DNA of 46,825 bases, taken from Rickettsiales bacterium. GTDB taxonomy: Bacteria > Pseudomonadota > Alphaproteobacteria > Rickettsiales > JABIRX01. The DNA lies in the NCBI GenBank assembly GCA_018659605.1, contig JABJMA010000002.1:1-46825 (forward strand), in the 5' to 3' direction. Below the pieces are notes generated by a model. That model made no database searches, was not told where the DNA came from, and was given only the letters and a program-made list of their open reading frames with translations. The position numbers and the translations under genes were made by a program. Shown piece by piece: positions 42,072 to 46,825 of the stretch; within the stretch, counting starts at the first letter, position 1, and each line of letters starts with the position of its first letter.

Positions 42072-42364
42072 CTATTTTGCATAATAAAAAAAGATTGAAA
42101 ACCCCAACGCTCACCTCACATGTCCAAAACAGCATCCTGCAAAGATTGATCTTCTGTAATTAGGGCAAGCTTGTTCTTAATCTCAGTTATAGCAAATAGC
42201 ATGTCGGTATTTTTTCTTAAACATTTTTGTTCGAAATATTGCAGTAGATCCTCATCACTGTCACCTAACAAGCTAGCTATGCTCTATCCCTCCGCTATAG
42301 AATCTTCTGTTGGGATAATAATTTCAATCTCATCTATTATCTGCGCCATAGTTATCATTTCCTT
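42072..42364 (-). pseudogene. Degenerate second copy of the PIN gene (C-terminal part)
   Basis: KEMITMAQIIDEIEIIIPTEDS..*...DEDLLQYFEQKCLRKNTDMLFAITEIKNKLALITEDQSLQDAVLDM*GERWGF aligns to the 39507..39998 product. It has two stops and a frameshift near the 3' end. Confidence 0.85.
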
Positions 42365-42439
42365 AAAGATAGAAGTACGAAATTTGAGATTACTAATACT
42401 AAGTGTTGTTCTAATTCTTTTGGCAAGGCATACTTCCCC

Positions 42440-42528
42440 GTAGGGGCGAACCGATGTTTTCGTCCCGATACAGGAGTGATATTACTATACCCAGGGGATA
42501 ACGGGCGGCGCGCCCGGTCCGCCCCCAT
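42440..42528. repeat. GTAG-family REP doublet (REPIN-like)
   Basis: GTAGGGGCGAACCGATGTTTTCGTCCC ... GGGCGGCGCGCCCGGTCCGCCCCCAT, an inverted pair forming a GC island in AT-rich DNA. Confidence 0.72.
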
Positions 42529-42603
42529 AACTATTCATTGCTAGATCAAACCTTATCCTCTATACTAATCTCCGATCAAATATTTATACCCTCTAAATTA
42601 CAC

Positions 42604-43863
42604 ATGTCAGATTTTAAAAGCCTAAATTTAAACCCTAAAATTCTAAATAGCCTAGACGAGAAAGGCTATACGCACCCTACACCAATCCAATTACAAGCCA
42701 TTCCACATTTGTTGCAAGGAAAGGATTTACTAGGGATTGCGCAAACTGGGACTGGAAAAACAGCGGCTTTCTCACTGCCTATTCTAGATAAGTTGAGCAA
42801 AAATAATAATAAAGTACAAGATTTCTCCACAAGAGTGTTAATATTAAGTCCCACCAGAGAATTGGCTTCGCAAATTGCAGAAAATATTGATCGCTACGGA
42901 TCCAATCTTAGATTCACTAATCTCGTCATTTTTGGTGGTGTTAATATCAACTCTCAAATTAAAGCAATGCGTCGAGGCGTTGATATTATGGTTGCAACAC
43001 CTGGGCGTTTGTTAGATTTAATGAATCAAGGTTATATCAAGCTTCATCAAGTTGAAGTATTTGTATTAGATGAAGCTGATAGAATGCTTGATATGGGATT
43101 CATCAGAGATATTAAAAAAATTATTCCAAAGCTACCGCAAGTAAGACAAAATTTATTATTCTCTGCAACCATGCCAAAAGATATTGCTGTGCTGGCAAAT
43201 AAAATCTTAAACAAACCTATTAAGGTTGAGGTAACTCCTCAGGCTACTACTGTAGAAAAAATTGACCAAAAAATTAACTTTGTTGAGAAATCAAATAAAC
43301 TCCGTTTGCTGAAGAATATTCTTAAAAAAGAAAGCGCTACAACTGTTTTAGTGTTTTCAAGAACGAAGCATGGAGCAAATAAAATCGTCAAATACTTAAC
43401 CAAAGAATCAATACAATCTGAGGCAATCCATGGTAATAAATCCCAATCAGCTCGAGAAAAAGCCTTAGATGAATTTAGGTCAGGCAAAATTAAGGTTTTA
43501 ATTGCAACAGATATTGCAGCACGTGGTATTGATGTACCAGATATTACTCATGTGATTAACTTCGATATTCCCCAAGATCCAGAAAGCTATGTGCACAGAA
43601 TTGGAAGAACCGCCCGTGCAGGACGAAATGGTATAGCTATTTCCTTTTGTGATCCAACAGAGGGAAAATTACTTCACGCTGTTGAGAAAGTAATAAAATA
43701 TAAAATTCCAGTAGATGAGTCTCATGCTTTTCATGGAGTTAAAGCAGTAGTAGCAGAATCCTCACCTCAGCAAAGAACTGGTAACAAGGCCCGTAGCAAT
43801 AAGCCTGCTTCTCCAAATAATAGAATCCAAAGGAATAGAGCCAATCGACAACGCAGAACCTAA
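42604..43863 (+). CDS. rhlE: DEAD-box ATP-dependent RNA helicase (RhlE-like)
   Basis: Q motif PTPIQ, AQTGTGKT, PTRELA, TPGRL, DEAD, SAT, ARGID, HRIGRTAR, basic tail. ATG at 42604 preferred. Confidence 0.93.
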   Translation: MSDFKSLNLNPKILNSLDEKGYTHPTPIQLQAIPHLLQGKDLLGIAQTGTGKTAAFSLPILDKLSKNNNKVQDFSTRVLILSPTRELASQIAENIDRYGSNLRFTNLVIFGGVNINSQIKAMRRGVDIMVATPGRLLDLMNQGYIKLHQVEVFVLDEADRMLDMGFIRDIKKIIPKLPQVRQNLLFSATMPKDIAVLANKILNKPIKVEVTPQATTVEKIDQKINFVEKSNKLRLLKNILKKESATTVLVFSRTKHGANKIVKYLTKESIQSEAIHGNKSQSAREKALDEFRSGKIKVLIATDIAARGIDVPDITHVINFDIPQDPESYVHRIGRTARAGRNGIAISFCDPTEGKLLHAVEKVIKYKIPVDESHAFHGVKAVVAESSPQQRTGNKARSNKPASPNNRIQRNRANRQRRT

Positions 43864-43873
43864 TACACCTATT

Positions 43874-43901
43874 CCCATCTTAAGAACAACTTTAAGATGG
43901 G
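43874..43901 (+). terminator. Stem-loop after the helicase gene (putative terminator)
   Basis: Perfect 10-bp stem cccatcttaa / ttaagatggg, 10 nt after the stop. No strong U-tract. Confidence 0.5.
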
Positions 43902-43986
43902 TGTGCTTCAAGGCTGAATACGCCTAGTAATTCTTGATATACATGTTAAAGATTAAGCCTTGGTATTAATGATTTTTTATAAAAAC

Positions 43987-45429
43987 ATGCAATTTGATAA
44001 CTCATACCACTTACTTCCTGCAGATTTTTATAAAGCACAGTTACCTGATAAAATTAAGACTCCCAAACTTAGGGTCTTTAATAAAAAACTCGCCGGAACA
44101 CTTAGCCTAGAATTAGACTTATCTGAAGAAGAATTAGCCAAGATTTTCTCTGGTAATAAGTTATTAAAGGGGTCAAGGCCAATTGCACTAGCTTATGCCG
44201 GCCACCAATTTGGACATTTTGTGCCAAGCCTGGGTGATGGTAGAGCAGTTTTACTAGGTGAAGTTTTTGATAAGAAGAAGCAAAGGTTTGATGTGCAATT
44301 AAAAGGTTCTGGAAAGACTTTTTTCTCACGTAGAGGTGATGGTCTATATCCTTTAGGACCGGCCATTAGGGAATATATTGTTAGCGAAGCTATGCATTAC
44401 CTAAAAGTCCCTACCTCTCGTTCTCTGGCGTTAATAACTACCGGAGAATTTGTCCAAAGAGAAACATTAATGCCTGGAGCAATCTTCACTAGAGTAGCCC
44501 AAAGTCATATAAGGATTGGTACTTTTGAATATTTTGCCGCTAGGGGTGACTATAAGAACCTTAAGATCTTAGCAGATTATTCCATAGACCGACATTACCC
44601 TATCTGTAAAAATCATAAAAAACCCTACTTATCATTTTTTAGAAAAACCTTACAGAATCAAGCAAAGTTAGTCTCGTCTTGGTTATCAATCGGCTTCATT
44701 CATGGAGTAATGAACACAGACAACACTGCAATCTCTGGACAAACTCTTGATTTTGGCCCATGCGCTTTTATTGACAAGTATCAAAAAAATGCTGTCTTTA
44801 GCTTTATTGATAAAAATGGAAGATATAGTTTTACTAACCAAAGAGATATCATCTTATGGAACCTAGTTAAGCTCGCTGAAACTTTGCTGCCTTTAATTAA
44901 TAAAGATACTAAGCAAGCGATTGCAATCGTTACCAAAGAACTAAATAGTTTTAACAAATATTTTGACCAATGTTATTTAAAAAAAATGAGTCAAAAAATT
45001 GGCCTATTTGATTCAAAGGAAAATAACTCAGAGTTAATAAGTGAATTTTTACAAATATTAGAAAATAATCAAGCAGATTTCACAACAAGTTTTAGGTCGC
45101 TAAGTACAGTCTTAGAAACCGGTGAACATCCTATGGATAATCCAGAATATAAAAACTGGGCAAGAAAATGGAAAAAAAGAGTCAACAAGCAAACACTTTC
45201 AATGGATGTTATAATCAAAAAAATGAATAAAATTAATCCGCTCTACATACCAAGAAATCATATCATTGAGGATATCATTCAAAAAGCTGTCGAAACCAAT
45301 GATTTCAATGAAATGACAAATTTTCTAAAGATTCTAAGTACCCCCTTCAAAGAACAGCCAAATTCCCAATATTACCAAACCCCACCAAGCCAAACCCAAA
45401 AGGTCCAACATACCTTCTGCGGAACTTAA
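43987..45429 (+). CDS. selO: Protein adenylyltransferase SelO (YdiU)
   Basis: YAGHQFG, LGDGRA, QLKGSG, IREYIVSEAMH, HGVMNTDN, DFGP, PRNH, C-terminal TFCGT. ATG at 43987. Confidence 0.95.
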   Translation: MQFDNSYHLLPADFYKAQLPDKIKTPKLRVFNKKLAGTLSLELDLSEEELAKIFSGNKLLKGSRPIALAYAGHQFGHFVPSLGDGRAVLLGEVFDKKKQRFDVQLKGSGKTFFSRRGDGLYPLGPAIREYIVSEAMHYLKVPTSRSLALITTGEFVQRETLMPGAIFTRVAQSHIRIGTFEYFAARGDYKNLKILADYSIDRHYPICKNHKKPYLSFFRKTLQNQAKLVSSWLSIGFIHGVMNTDNTAISGQTLDFGPCAFIDKYQKNAVFSFIDKNGRYSFTNQRDIILWNLVKLAETLLPLINKDTKQAIAIVTKELNSFNKYFDQCYLKKMSQKIGLFDSKENNSELISEFLQILENNQADFTTSFRSLSTVLETGEHPMDNPEYKNWARKWKKRVNKQTLSMDVIIKKMNKINPLYIPRNHIIEDIIQKAVETNDFNEMTNFLKILSTPFKEQPNSQYYQTPPSQTQKVQHTFCGT

Positions 45430-45520
45430 TTAAGTAAACAGCCTAATATCCTTTTCACTGCTTCAAAAGCCGTCTTTAAAATCATCACCCACCGCTTATA
45501 AAACATTAAGCAAATTGGCT

Positions 45521-46825
45521 TTAATAACTATATCTAGACCAACCATCTAAGTAATATTGTAGTAAGGCTGGTTTATCTAACATGTTAATTTCTAACTCAT
45601 GCTCATCAACCATAATATCTTTATCAAAGATAAATAGCTTCGCGTAATTATTTTGATCAATAAATTTAGTAGGAACATTAATTTCAATATCAGAAATTAA
45701 TTTCATTCCAGATTTACTGGCAACAACAAAACCCCAGTCACCAAATGATGGTATTTCGGTGTGATAAGGTAAAACCGTACTAAAACCAGATGCACTTATT
45801 GTTTTTTTGATACTCCAAAAAGCTTTAGTCGCAAAATATGGGCTAGTTGCTTGAGTTACTAACACACCATTATACTTAAGACGCTTCTTTAATAACTTGT
45901 AAAACTGCTTGCTGTAAAGCCTTGATAATACAGTATTGTTAGGATCTGGCAAATCGCAGATTATAAAATCAAAAACTTGTTTACTATCCTTAAGATAAGT
46001 AAAAGCATCATCAATAATGATTGATAGTTTTGATGAGTTTAAGCTTTGTTCGTTCAGTCGTGATAAATATCTATTTTCCCTAGCTAGATCTATAATAGTT
46101 TTATCTAAATCTATTAACGTAATATTTTCAATTTCTGGATATTTAAGCAATTCTCTAATCGCTAACCCATCTCCAGCTCCAAGCAATAATACATTTTTAA
46201 CCGGCCGATTATGTAAAGCAATTGGCACATGGATAAGTGATTCATGATAACGGTATTCATCCAAAGATGAAAATTGCAGATTACCATCTAAGAACAACCT
46301 TATATCATCCCTATCCTTGGTTAATATAATTTTTTGATATTTGGATTGTTTACTAAAAATTATCCTATCTTCATATAATTGATTATCCCAGTGACTTAAC
46401 ATAATGTTTGAATAAAAAATCATCAATAACAACAAAGCCGTGGATAATATCGCTGCTATGGTTAAGCGTCTAGGTTTGATAATCTGCTCTTTAAAAAACC
46501 ATAACACGACAAAGCCTATGGACATATTGACCAAACCAAAAATCAATGAAGATTGGTATATGCCAAATAAAGGTAACAATATAAACGGAAATGAAATTGT
46601 CGCAATTAATGCACCTAAATAATCAAGTGATAAGATATTAGCAATATTGATATTTAATTTGTGATAAGACTCCATTAATCTTGTCAGGAAAGGTATTTCT
46701 AAACCAATGAGGAATCCTATTAGAATAGTAAAAAACAAATAAAACCAAATAAATGACTCTGTATATGCATAAGAAAAATATAAGAACGGAATGCTTAAAC
46801 CACCAAGCAAACCTAAAGATATCTC
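45521..46825 (-). CDS. speE: Polyamine aminopropyltransferase with N-terminal membrane domain (5' end outside window)
   Basis: GLEIP, DYLGAL, SKYQKI, LFLDGNLQFSSLDEYRYHE, LGAGDGLA, DLPDP, PSFGDWGF. Confidence 0.93.
   Translation of the reverse strand, partial: EISLGLLGGLSIPFLYFSYAYTESFIWFYLFFTILIGFLIGLEIPFLTRLMESYHKLNINIANILSLDYLGALIATISFPFILLPLFGIYQSSLIFGLVNMSIGFVVLWFFKEQIIKPRRLTIAAILSTALLLLMIFYSNIMLSHWDNQLYEDRIIFSKQSKYQKIILTKDRDDIRLFLDGNLQFSSLDEYRYHESLIHVPIALHNRPVKNVLLLGAGDGLAIRELLKYPEIENITLIDLDKTIIDLARENRYLSRLNEQSLNSSKLSIIIDDAFTYLKDSKQVFDFIICDLPDPNNTVLSRLYSKQFYKLLKKRLKYNGVLVTQATSPYFATKAFWSIKKTISASGFSTVLPYHTEIPSFGDWGFVVASKSGMKLISDIEINVPTKFIDQNNYAKLFIFDKDIMVDEHELEINMLDKPALLQYYLDGWSRYSY

Noticed and set aside
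42171-42443. 90-aa plus-strand ORF
   Set aside because: Antisense shadow of the PIN pseudogene.

Overview
AT-rich chromosomal window from an alphaproteobacterium, most likely Rickettsiales-like and metabolically less reduced than typical obligate intracellular members. The taxonomic call is inferred from gene content and order (argS-SPOR-nagZ, TIGR01459-type HAD hydrolase, yejB, RatA, DxKLDD-type pilins), not from a database search. Housekeeping genes: purB (partial), lpdA, sucB, rpoD, dnaG, def, argS, nagZ, ybaB-recR, acs, pyrB, pyrD, recJ, bioA, an RlmD-like methyltransferase, a DEAD-box helicase, selO and speE (partial). Type IV pilus genes (pilT, a TPR protein, two prepilins) are interleaved with the pyr genes. 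Several orphan, effector-like proteins sit between core genes: an ankyrin protein, a CX5R phosphatase-like protein, a 999-aa poly-Lys helical-repeat protein, and a tandem pair of paralogues with an unrecognised ~27-aa repeat and mitochondrial-presequence-like N-termini. From about 36.5 to 42.5 kb there is a decaying region: a ~2.7 kb ORF-free, strand-asymmetric AT desert, pseudogenes (small membrane protein, purC fragment, second PIN copy), a solo PIN nuclease and an RlmD homologue lacking its catalytic Cys. GTAG-type REP/REPIN palindromes occur at three intergenic sites. No rRNA, canonical tRNA, CRISPR array or intact transposase was seen.
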